A stretch of DNA of 64,000 bases. Origin: Isurus oxyrinchus (lineage: Eukaryota). The notes beneath the pieces are model-generated. The model did no database searches, had not been told where the DNA came from, and was given only the letters and a program-made list of their open reading frames with translations. Numbering within the stretch: position 1 is the first letter of the stretch; every line of letters begins with the position of its first letter. The translations under genes and the position numbers were made by a program. The stretch is taken from NCBI GenBank assembly GCA_026770705.1, contig JANJGN010000004.1, forward strand, positions 190,712,001-190,776,000, read 5' to 3'. Of this stretch, positions 11,801 to 23,100 are shown piece after piece.

Positions 11801-13914
11801 CAGTCCAGGGCCTCTTCCCTGTGCTCTGTGCAACCTTCAGACCACAGTGATGGTCCAGCCTCACTCCCTGGAAACATTACTGATGCCTGCACCTCGATGG
11901 TGCTTGTCATTGCTGCCAGAATGTTGTGGGCAGGTGCCACAGAGTTCTCTCATACTCTTCTGTGCTCTTTAAGGTGTGCTGGCCCACATCACACCAGCAT
12001 CTGCGACCAGTGATGCTGTACACCAGCTCCTGAAGGGCTGAGGTGCTGAAGACAGACACAGCAGCAGATGCGTCTAAAGTTTCATAGCTGCGTCTCTGAG
12101 ATGGCCCTGATCATGGAGCAAGCGAGCTGCCCTCAGCCAGACAGGAGTCAGACATTCTCAGAGGAGATGGGAAGATCTATGGAGTGTCCTCACCGCATGT
12201 TGTCATCATCTTCCTGCGACTGAGTGACTATTGGGGCCTCCCCTGCATCTCCATGACAGGAGTGTTCTCACAGAGGGTATAGGTGCTGCTGTAAGACAGG
12301 CTGGAGTCAAATGTTCACAAATGTAACGTGAGGATCTATGGGGACACCTCACTCCATGTCATCATCATCCTCCACAAATCTGGCAGCTTTGAGGACCTCC
12401 TGAGTGCGCCTGCCTCATCTGGTCAGTGTGAGAGCCTCATCTCCATTGTCATCACCACCGAGGATCCCCTCACCCTCATCCCCATCGTCATCACCACCGA
12501 GGATCCCCTCACCCTCATCCCCATCGTCATCACCATCGAGGATTCCCTCACCCTCATCCCCATCGTCACCACCGAGGATCCCCTCACCCTCATCCCCATC
12601 GTCACCACCGAGGATCCCCTCACCCTCATCGTCACCACCGAGGATCCCCTCACCCTCATCCCCATCGTCATCACCACCGAGGATCCCCTCACCCTTATCG
12701 TTATCACCGAGGATCCCCTCACCCTCATCGTCACCACCGAGAAGCCCCTCACCCTCATCGTCACCACCGAGGATCCCCTCACCCTCACCCTCACCGTCAC
12801 CACTGAGGATCCCCTCACCCTTACCACCGAGAATCCCCTCACCCTCATCCCCATCGGCGTCCTCATCAGAGGAGACCTCCAGCTCCTCCATCTCCTCCTC
12901 AGCCAGCTCCTCACCCCATTGCAGCGCCAGGTTGTAAAGGGGCAACAGACGACGATGATGTGTGACACCCTCTGTGGACTGTATTGCTGGGATCCACCAG
13001 ACCGGTCCAGGCACCGGAACCACATCTTCAGCATCGCGATGGTCTGTTCCACCAAGTTGCGAGCTGCTGCATGAGCCTCATTACAGCGTCGCTCTGCTGC
13101 AGTCTGAGGCTGCTGCACGGGTGTCATCAACCACGGCCTCTGTGGGTAGCCCTTGCCCCTAAGGAGCCAACCCTGTAGCCTCTGTGGGCCCTGGAAGACT
13201 GCAGGGATCTGTGAGTGACTCAGGATGTAGGCACCATGCACCCTCCCTGGAAACCGTGCACATATCTGCAGGATGTGTTCCTGGTGGTCGCACACCAGCT
13301 GCATGTTCAGTGAGTGGAAGCCCTTGTGGTTGATGAAGTCCACTGAGTGTAGCGATGGAGACCTGAGCACCACATGAGTGCCGTGAATCACACCCTGTAC
13401 CTGTGGGAATCCCGAGATCAGGGCAAATCCAATGGTCCCTGCACCCTGGCTGTCCCAGTCCCGGGCGAAATGCACAAAAATGTGTTCCATGGAGAAGGTG
13501 GCATCTGTGACCTCATGGATATGTTTGTGGGTGGCAGATTGTGAAATCCCACAGAGTCACCTGTGGAGCCCTGAAAGGAGCCACTGGCATAGAAACTGAG
13601 CACCGCAGTCACCTTCACAGCCACTGGCAGTGGATGCCCTCCATGTCCTCTTGGGGCCAGATGTGATTCTTGATGAAAAATGTAAAGGCCCGCCTGGCTG
13701 ATTCGCCCGTCCGCCTACCATAAGGGTGGACGGACCACAAAAAAAAAATCGCAGACAATTGCACCACCAGTGGGCTTAATATCCCTCTTAACTGTCGGCG
13801 GGCTGCTTCTGAGTCTTGCACGCGTCCACTGAGCGACATCGGGATGCTCGCCCGACGTCTTCTTGCGCGATTTTATGCTCGATCAGGTTGGGCGCGGGAC
13901 GTAAAATTCAGCTC
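11800..13914 (-). mobile_element. Harbinger transposase remnant plus terminal region
   Basis: GFPQVQGVIHGTHV..FINHKGFHSLNMQLVCD..RFPGRVHGAYIL..GWLLRGKGYP..VEQTIAMLKMWFRCLDRSGG. TIR-like AAAATTCAGCTC at 13903-13914. Confidence 0.87.
12450..12880. repeat. Minisatellite (ATCGTCACCACCGAGGATCCCCTCACCCTC variants) in the transposase acidic tail
   Basis: About 12 units. Encodes (D)DEGEGILGGD repeats on the - strand. Confidence 0.92.
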
Positions 13915-13922
13915 CTTGGTTG

Positions 13923-14069
13923 TCTTGAACAGACTTCCTGTTGGCCAGTTATTTCAGGCCGATTTCTCAACGTTTGGGCTGCTTCACAGGAAGAGAAGAA
14001 ACACTTCTTTATTTCGGTGTCAAGACACAAGAAGCAGTGAGGGAAAGACGAAACACTGAAGAGTTGGCG
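13923..14069 (+). promoter_or_regulatory. Proximal promoter/5'UTR with ETS-type motifs (ACTTCCTG 13933-13940, ACAGGAAG 13987-13994)
   Basis: Block is highly conserved with 44353-44506 in the paralog. GGAA cores present, no obvious TATA box. Confidence 0.45.
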
Positions 14070-14130
14070 ATGAGTTCTCTCCACATTTGGCTTTCCATCG
14101 TCCTGCTGTTAGTCCCGGTGCGGGGTTACA
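14070..14130 (+). CDS. Exon 1: signal peptide [20 protein letters not shown]
   Basis: ATG in GGCGATGA context, hydrophobic leader, phase-1 donor A|GTAGGT at 14131. Nearly identical in the paralog at 44507-44567. Confidence 0.85.
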
Positions 14131-17100
14131 GTAGGTGCTTTCGAATTATATCTGTTCAAATTCGTTGTGTTTCGTAAATTGTCCTTTCTATCATTTCACT
14201 GCAGGGTTGGGAGTGGGTGAATGTTCAGTGCAGGGTCAGAGCAACAGGGTGGGGTAGAAAGATTGTCAGGTTTCTAGCAAGATACAAAGAACGTGAAACA
14301 GGAGTAGGCCATTCAGCCCCTCGAGCCTCTGCCCAGATTCAGTAAGATCATAAAAACAAAGAAAACTGCGGATGCTGGAAATCCAAAACAAAAACAGAAT
14401 TACCTGGAAAAGCTCAGCAGGTCTGGCAGCATCGGCGGAGAAGAATCGAACTCCAGTTCTGTCGAAGGGTCATGAGGACTCGAAACGTCAACTCTTTTCT
14501 TCTCCGCCGATGCTGCCAGACCTGCTGAGTTTTTCCAGGTAATTCTGTTTTTGTTTCAGTAAGATCATGGCTGACCAATATCCTAATTCCATCCACCTGC
14601 CTTGGTTCCATATCTCTCAGTATCCTCACAAAACAGAAACCAATCAATCTCAATCCAGATATTTTTAATTGACCCCCACCATCAATAGATCCCCATTTTC
14701 ACTGAGGTTCCTGACTTCAGTCCTGAACAGCTCAGCTCTAATTTTAAGGTTATGGCCCTCATCAGAAGAAATCCATTGATCATTTTCAGGGTCACAAGCA
14801 GACCCTCTGTTGTTACAGATGTAAACGAGATGACCAGTATTAAGTCCTGAAGTGTTCAGAGAGTATTGTGTCTGAAGAGCAAGTTCCCACTGTCACTGCA
14901 TCCAGGATTGGATCCTCAAACCCTATAACGAGAAACCACCGGGATCACTTGATTGGAATCCAGCCTGTAACTCACTCCATAGTGTCCAATGTCAGTCTGC
15001 AAACTATCCCGAACCTGACTGTGAGATATCCATTTTCACGATTAACAGACTTGGTATATCAGTCTCGTAGTTTGTTTTCAGAATGTTTGATGTCTGTCCA
15101 TGCGCTGTTTTCATATTCTCTCTCTCTCACTCTCAATCCCCCTACAGAGACTTCGGTTCGTGATTGGACAATGATGGTCGCGGATGATGTGCGGGTTCGG
15201 GAAGGGGGATCCGCTATCCTGCCCTGTCGTTTCACCCACCCACACACTCACCGCAGGGTCAACGGCTCCGTGATGTGGTACAAACTTCCCGCAGACCTTC
15301 ATGATCCTGTTTTTAAATGTACATATCCTGGTACAGACCATTCACAGGGTGAACTGTGTGAGAATGTGAGACAGCGGGACAGTGGGAATCGATTCAGATT
15401 CGTGGGGAACCTCAGCAGCAACGATCTCTCAATAATGATGGAGCGGCTGAGCCGGGAGGATACCGGTCAATATCGGTGTCGTGTGGAGCTCAATGTGGGC
15501 AAATTGGAAGCACCAAGAGGAACGAATCTGACAGTGGAAGGTGAGGATCAATGTTCAGGGGTTGTAGCTGCCCTGAGAGTTCAATGCCTGCTCTGGGAGC
15601 TGAATTTCACCCCAAACGGTTCCTGAATGGGACAATTTCCATTGCTCTGGTTAGCAGAAGTTACCTGAGAAAAGGGAACAATGAGAGAGACACAGAGTGG
15701 GAGAAGGGGAGAGGGAGAGAAGGGGAGAGGGGGGTGAGGAGAGGGGGAAGGGGAGGGGAGAGGGGGAAGGGGAGAGGGGAAAGGGTGGGGAGAGAGGGGA
15801 GGGGAGAAGGGGAAGGGGAGGAAGGGGAGAGGGGGAAGGGTGGGGAGAGAGGGGAGGGGAGAGGGGGAAGGGGAGGAAGGGGAGAGGGGGAAGGGGCGGA
15901 AGGGGGTGGAGGAAGGGGAGAGGGGGAAGGGGAGGGTGGGAAGGGGAGGAAAGAGGTGGAGATAGGGGAGAAGGGGAGGAAGGGGAGGGGAGGAAGGTGA
16001 GAGGGGCAAGAGGAGAAAGGGGAGAGGTGGAAGGGGAGGGTGGGGAAAGGGAGGGGGAAGGGGAGAGGGGGAAGGAGAGGGGGAGGGGACGGGAGAGGAA
16101 GGAGAGAGGGGGAGGGGGAGGGGGAGGAAGGGGAGGGGGGAAGGGGAGAGGGGCAAGGGAAGAGGGGGAAGGAGAGGGGGAGGGGACGGGAGAGGAAGGA
16201 GAGAGGGGGAGGGGGAGGGGGAGGAAGGGGAGGGGGAAGGGGAGAGGGGCAAGGGAAGAGGGGGAAGGGGAGGAAGGGGAGAGGGGGAAGGGGAGGGTAG
16301 AAAGGGGAGATGGGGAAGGGGGGAGGGGAGGAAGGGGAGAGGGGGGAAGGGGAGAGGAGAAAGAGGAGAGGGGGAAGGGGGTGGAGGTAGGTTAGAGGGG
16401 GAAGGGGAGGGTGGGAAGGGGAGGAAGGGGGTGGAGGTAGGGGAGAGAAGGGGAGGGGAGGAAGGTGAGAGGGGGAAGGGGAGGAGGGAAGGGGGAGGGG
16501 GAGGGGGATGGGGAGAGGGGGGAGGAGGGGAGGGGAGGAAGGGGAGAGAGGGGAGGGGAGGGTAGAAAGGGGAGATGGGGAAGGGGGGAGGGGAGGAAGG
16601 GGGAAGGGGAGAGGGGGAAGGGGAGTGGAGGAAGTGAAGGGGGGAGGGGAGGAAGGGGAGAGGGAGGAAGGGAAGAGGGGGAAGGGGAGGAAGGGGAGAG
16701 GGGGAAGGGGAGGGTAGAAAGGGGAGATGGGGAAGGGGGGAGGGGAGGAAGGGGAGAGGGGGGAAGGGAGAGAGAAAGGGGGAGGGGAGGGGAGGGGAGA
16801 GGGGGAAGGGGAGAGGGGGAAGGGGAGGGGAGAAAGGGGAGGGGGGAAGGGGGAAGGAGAAAGAGGAGAGGGGGAAGGGGTGGAGGTAGGTTAGAGGGGG
16901 AAGGGGAGGGTGGGAAGGGGAGGAAGGGGGTGGAGGTAGGGGAGAGGAGGGAAGGGGAGGGGAGGAAGGTGAGAGTGGGGAGGAGGGAAGGGGAGAGGGG
17001 GAGGAGGGAAGGGGGAGGGGGAAGGGGAGAGGGGGGGGAGGGGAGGGGAGGAAGGGGAGGGGAGAGGCGGTGGGGAGGAAGGGGAAAGGGGGAAGGAAGG

Positions 17101-20100
17101 GGAGGGGGAGGGGAGAGGGGGAAAGGGTGGGGAGGAAGGGGAGAGGGGGAAGGGGAGAGGGGGAAGGGAGGGGAGGGGGTGGAGGTAGGGGAGAGGGGAG
17201 GAAGGGGGTGGAGGTAGGGGAGGGGGAGGGGAGGTAGGGGAGGGGGGGGAGAGGAGAGGAGGAAGTGGAGAGGGGGAAGGTGAGAGGGGCAAGAGGAGAA
17301 AGGGGAGAGGTGGAGGGGGGGTGGGGAAAGGGAGGGGGAAGGGGAGAGGGGGAAAGGGAGGGGGAAGGGGAGGAAGGGGAGAGGGGGAAGGGGCAGAAGG
17401 GGAGTAAGGGGAGGGGGGAAGGGGAGTGGAGGAAGTGAAGGGGGGAAGGGGAGGGGGAGGGGACGGGAGAGGAAGGAGAGGGGGAGGAAGGGGAGGGGAG
17501 GAAGGGGTGAGGGGGGAAGGGGCGAGGGGTAAGGGGAAGAAGGGGAGAGGCTGAAGGGGAGAGGGGTAAGGGGAGAGGGGGAAGGGGAGAGGGGGAAGGA
17601 GAGGGGAGGAAGGTGAGAGGGGCAAGAGGAGAAAGGGGAGAGGTGGAAGGGGAGGGTGGGGAAAGGGAGGGGGAAGGGGAGAGGGGGAAAGGGAGGTGGA
17701 AGGGGAGAGGGGGAAAGGGAGGGGGGAAGGGGAGGAAGGGGAGGGGGGGAAGGGGCAGAAGGGGAGTGGAGGAAGTGAAGAGGGGGAAGGGACGAGAGAG
17801 GAAGGAGAGGGGGAGGAAGGGGAGGGGGGAAGGGGAGGGGGGAAGGGGGGAAGGGGAGGGGGAGGGGACGGGAGAGGAAGGAGAGGGGGAGGAAGGGGAG
17901 GGGAGAAGGGGAGAGGCTGAAAGGGAGAGGGGTAAGGGGAGAGGGGGAAGGGGAGGGGAGGAAGGGGAAAGGGGGAAGGGGAGAGGGGGAAGGGGAGGGG
18001 GAAAGGGAGGGGGGGAAGCGGGAGAGGGGGAACGGGAGAGTGGGGGGAATGGGAGAGGAGGGAAGAGAGCGGGTAGAGAGACGGAGCGGGAGAGGGGGGA
18101 GCTACAGAGGGGGACAGATGGAGAGGGCGAGACTCAGGGAACGGAGAGACGAGGAGGGGAGGTCGGAGGAGGGAGGGAGGAGGAGAGGGGGTGAGACAGA
18201 GGGGGGAGGGGGTAGCCGGGATGAGACGGAGCGAGAGAGGGGAGGGGGAGAGATGGAGGTGTTGAGGGGCGGGGGAGCAGGAGGGGGTAGTCAGAGCGGG
18301 ATGGGGAGGTGGGAAATCAGGGGGAGAGACAGGGAGGCGGGAGGGGGGGAGATGGGGAGGGGGAGAAACAGGGAAGGGGGGGAGATGGGGAGGGGGGGAG
18401 ATAGGGAGGGGGGAAGATGGGGAGGGGGGAGATGGGGAGGGGGAGAGATTGGGGGAGAGAGATGGGGAGGAGGAGAGATGGGGAGGGGAAGAGACGGGGT
18501 TGGGGTTCGACAGGGGAAGGGGAGAGATAGGGAGACAGAGAGGGGGAGAGACGGGGGGGGAGATGGAGCGGGAGAGAAGGAGAGGGAGAGGGGGTAGAGG
18601 TGAGACAGAGCTGGGCAGTGGGAGTGGGGGGGTGAGACGGAGGGGGGAGAGATGGAGGGCGAGGGACAGAGCAGCGGAGGGTGGAGAGGGCGTGGGACAG
18701 AGCGGGGGACGGGAAGAGGGACAGAGTGGGAGGGCAAGGGACAGAGCGGGGGAGGGGTGTGGGACAGAGCTGGGGAGGGGTGTGGGACAGAGCGGGGGAG
18801 AGGGACAGAGTGCGGGAGGCGGAGGGGGAGAAAGCGGGGGAGGGTGGAGACGGTGAGGTTCAGAGCGGGGGAGGGGGAGGGGAGAGGGACAGAGCGAGGT
18901 AGGGGGTGAGTGCGAGGGATAGAGCGGGATGGGGGACAGAGCAGGGGAGGGGGAGAGTGCGAGAGACAGAGCGGGGGGAGGGGGAAAGGACGTGGGACAG
19001 AGCAGGGGAGGGGGAGAGGGACAGAGCGGGGGAGGGGGAGAGGGCGAGGAACAGACCGGGGTAGGGGGAGAGGGTGAGGGAGAGAGAGCAGGAGGGGGAG
19101 AGGTCAAGGGACAGAACGGGGAAGGGGGAGAGGGCGAGGGAGAGAGCGGGAGGGGGAGAGGTCAAGGAACAGAGCTGGGAGGGGGTGAGGGACAGAGCGG
19201 GGGATGGGGAGAGGGTGAGGGACAGAGCAGGGGAGGGGGAGATGGCGAGGGAGAGAGCGGGAGGGGGAGAGGAACAGAATGGGGGATGGGGAGAGGGTGA
19301 GGGACAGAGCGGGGGAGGGGGAGAGGGTGAGTGACAGAGCGGGGGAGGGGGAGAGGACGAGGGAGAGAACGGGAGGGGGAGAGGTCGAGGGACAGAGCGG
19401 GGGAGAGGGACAGAGCGAGTGAGAGAGGGGGAGGGGGAGAGGGTGAGGGACAGAGCCGGGGACAGGGCGAGGGACAGAGCGGGAGCGGGAGGAGGAGAGG
19501 GACAGAGCGGGGGAGGGGGTGAGTTACAGAGTGCAGGAGGGTGGCGAGGTCGAGAGACAGAACGAGAGGGGGAGGGACAAAATGGGGGAGGGGGACAGAG
19601 TGGGGAAGGGGGAGAGGGCAAGTGACAGGGAGAGGGAGGAGGCGAGGGACAGATCGCGAGAGCCGGGAGGGCAACAGAGTGGGGCAGGGGGAGACAAGGG
19701 GAGGCGGAGAGGGAAAGAGGGAGATGGAGAGATAGAGCAGGAATGGGAGAAACAGGAAGACGGTGGGGGTACAAGCATGAGCACGAGACGAAGGGGTGAG
19801 GGGGCGAGTATGAAAGTGAGATGGGGAGAGGGGGTAAGCATGAGGGTGACACAGGGGAAGATTTGACGAACATGAGCACGAGACAGAGGAGGAAATGGGA
19901 TGAAATAATGGATGCGTTGGTGGTTATGTTTCAAAATACCATATATTCCAGAGAGGTTACTGCAGACTGGAGCATTAAGCAGCTTTTAAAAAGATTTTAT
20001 ATGTAGTTATATTTTAAACTTGACGAAGAAATTGATTATTGTGCACCAATGCAACTAGTGAAATTTCCTGAAGCTTTTAAGGGAGGTTTTCAGTTAATTA

Positions 20101-23100
20101 AAATCGAATTACTCAGGTCATGGGCAAAGCACAGAATCAAAGCACTTATTCTAATACTGTGTTTTGTAGCATTATTAAGAAAGCTGTGCCACGTTCTTAC
20201 TCAAATATAATCAAGGAATATTTTTAATGCAAAACCTTTTATAAAATAATAAACTTAAAATGCTGTTCAATCCCCCTCTGAGTTTGGGCAGATAACTGAA
20301 CAAAAATTCTGAAAACTAGTGAAATTTTGAGTGTAATTTTCACTTAGATCTTCGATTGCACCCAAAGCATAAACTTAAGCAGTGAGTGGAGCGTACTTGA
20401 AAGAAACAGGTGACTTTGGTCCTATGGTTTCCACAACTCTCCACCACTGGGGCCTTTCCTCATTTCCTGTTGTAGACTAATGAATTGAGATTAATCATGA
20501 TTAATCAACCATCCCCTTATCGTTTTATCTTATGATTATGAATCTTGGTCAGAAACTTTATCCTTTCAATCATTTCCTTCAGCTTTTGAACATCTTCCCA
20601 AGTAGTGACAACTGACTCCCTTGCAGGTAATTGAGAACAGATCACATGGTTGAATGCACAAACCTTGTGACTGTGTCCCAGGATTTTATGACTGCCCGTT
20701 TCTCCGTCTCCGTTGCTCTGATGATGCTACCTTCCACTTCTAGTTGTATTTCTTTATTCTAAATAGAAGACTTCCCTCCACGGTGATTGATGGGGCTCTC
20801 GATCATGCTCATCCCATTTCTCATACTTCTACCCTCATCTCTTCCCACACCTCCCCCCCCCCTCCTCTCCCTCCCTCCCTAAACCATGATAGGGCTCCAC
20901 CTTTGACCTTATCTTGTGTGATCCGTGCACAATATCACTTTGATCCTTTTCTCCACATGTAACAGATCACCCTCCATCAAGACTGCCACTTCCATGAAAC
21001 CATCGCCAAACACATCTTCTCCTCCACTTCCAGAATTTTGAAGGGACCATACTGTCCACTGTACATTGCTCCACTATGAAGTGCCATTAGCTGCACTTTA
21101 ACCTTCCTCCAATGTTGCCACTGAGAGCGAATGAATCTTCTGGACATTCCACCTCAGCAAGTAGGAACAACACAGAATAAACTGAGCAGCACGCACTACA
21201 CAGGGAACAATACTGAAAGTGCCTGAGGGAGGAAAAAATATCCAGGTGATATCATGTACAGATCACTCAAGATTCACAACCAATGCATAGATGACAAAGC
21301 AAACAGGATATTGGGTTGTATTAATACAACCTTTCAATTTAAGTTAAACCACTTTCCATTTTTAGCTAGAGTGTGAAATGTCCCTTGCGTCCTACCTGCC
21401 AATTCCTGTTTTGTAGCCATCTTCCAATCTGTTCTGTACCTGACCCCTCAGTCCCTGGGATATTTACTGGCTGAGACTACATTGGGAAATGCCTCTACCT
21501 ACTAGTCCTCAGGGAGAGCTGTAAACAGAAATACATTGCTGTTCTCATTGTTACAAATATCTAGTTCATGGTTGATGTTAATATTTTAGAGGTAATATTT
21601 GGTTCTGGGAAGATTATTGTTGAGAAGGTAAGGTAATTAAAATGCTGGGCTTCTGTGATTGCCAGAACACCTAAAAATAGCAGTTCAAAAGGTTACTCAT
21701 GTTTATTGTTTAGTGCAGTTCAAATAGAAGAGATAGAGTTACAAAACAGCAGGTGGGTTTACTCAGCTGGAGATATTGTAAGTGAGGGATAATTAGCTTT
21801 AAGGTCAGTTTGAAGATAGCCCTAGAGCAGGCTACATCATCATGGAGCTGGGTGGAACTTAGGAAGAATCCCTGGTTTCAATTTAGCTGGGTATTTGCTG
21901 GGAGAAGTCTTTTAGTTGCAGTTTGGACCTTGTGTGGTTTGCACCGCATTGAGAGAAGTTGGGAAAAATAAATGGCAGATATATCGGCATCGAGAGCAGA
22001 GTGAAACACTAAAATCATCAATGACTGCGGGTGAAGTTTCATCTCAGTTTGAATCTTGAGGAACAGAAGCCAGAAGATTGCTTAGTTTGAAGCTAGTGGG
22101 AGAATCTACTATAAGCCTCACAGTGACTTATTGCAAAAGAAATTAACCAGCAGATTAGCTTGGAAGTCATGGAAAAGTAACTAGAACAAGGAACTGAAGT
22201 CTCCACAGTCAAGAGAGGGCAAATGAAAGTATTACCACTGAGAATAGCTGGAGCTGAGAAGAATTCTCCAGAGGACTGTGGCATACTTACGGGTGGCTCA
22301 TAAAGAATTAAATAATGTTAAGGTTGATGTGACTTATAACAGAATTCTTGGGGGAAGTAGGATGTAAATTTGGGTGCATAACGTACATAGCCGTCTGTCA
22401 TATTAAGGCAGAGGTAGATAGGTTCCTAACTAACAAGGGAGTCAAAGGTTATTGAGGGTAAGCAGGGATGTGGAGGTGATCCATGGTCATATTGAAGAGT
22501 GGAGCAGGCTCAAAGGGCCAAATGGTCTACTTCTCCTAATTTATATGTTCGAATAGTTATAAACCATATTGTTAAATTAATAGTGCTTGTTTTATTCTAT
22601 TATATAACACAGTGAATTCTTGTGGCGTAGTTTTATTAGTTTAAACAAGGATTTGGGATTTCTTTCTAAATGTTAATGTCCCCTAACCAACTGTAACATC
22701 ATCCAGACAATGATCATTCTGATATTTGTTCTTTCCTCAGCTGCTGGTAGAAATGACTCAGTGGTGAGCGGGACAGAGGGAGATTCGGTTACATTGCCCT
22801 GTATGTTCACACCCAATAACTCTTTCACCCTGACCACTGTTACATGGATAAGGAAGGATCCCGACCAAAACGTAGTCACATTTCAAGCCCAATTAAATGG
22901 ATCATGGATAGTTGTAAATGCTGGAAATCGGTACAAGCTTGTCGGGAACCCACAGAAGGGAGACGTGTCAATCATGATAAACCAACTGAACATGACGGAC
23001 AATTGCACTTACCTCTGTGTGGTGGAGTACACAGGACCATCTGATTATCAATATCTGATCCAGAATGAAAAATGGCTGCAGGTCATACATGGTGAGTAAT

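Noticed and set aside
12328-13074. 248-aa TEDPLTLI-repeat ORF on the + strand
   Set aside because: Antisense reading of the transposase-tail minisatellite.
12423-13490. 355-aa ORF as a domesticated HARBI1 gene
   Set aside because: Catalytic Asp residues are mutated (IHGTH, RGKGY), there is a frameshift near 12940, and the N-terminus is broken.
4956-13914. A single intact Harbinger insertion bounded by TIRs
   Set aside because: The flanking trinucleotides differ (TAC vs CTT) and the termini match imperfectly, so it may be two elements.
14868-15147. N-terminal extension of the 252-aa ORF, and the apparent signal peptide [10 protein letters not shown] at 22710
   Set aside because: Both are intronic read-through of polypyrimidine tracts upstream of clear acceptors.
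15551-19934. Long ORFs (up to 738 aa Pro/Ser-rich; Gly/Glu/Arg-rich) on both strands
   Set aside because: Artefacts of a purine tract that lacks stop codons. They lie inside intron 2 and have no domain structure.
15148-23091. Rearranging Ig/TCR/NAR V segments
   Set aside because: Each V exon includes its own G strand and ends in a splice donor. No heptamer-nonamer RSS follows either exon.
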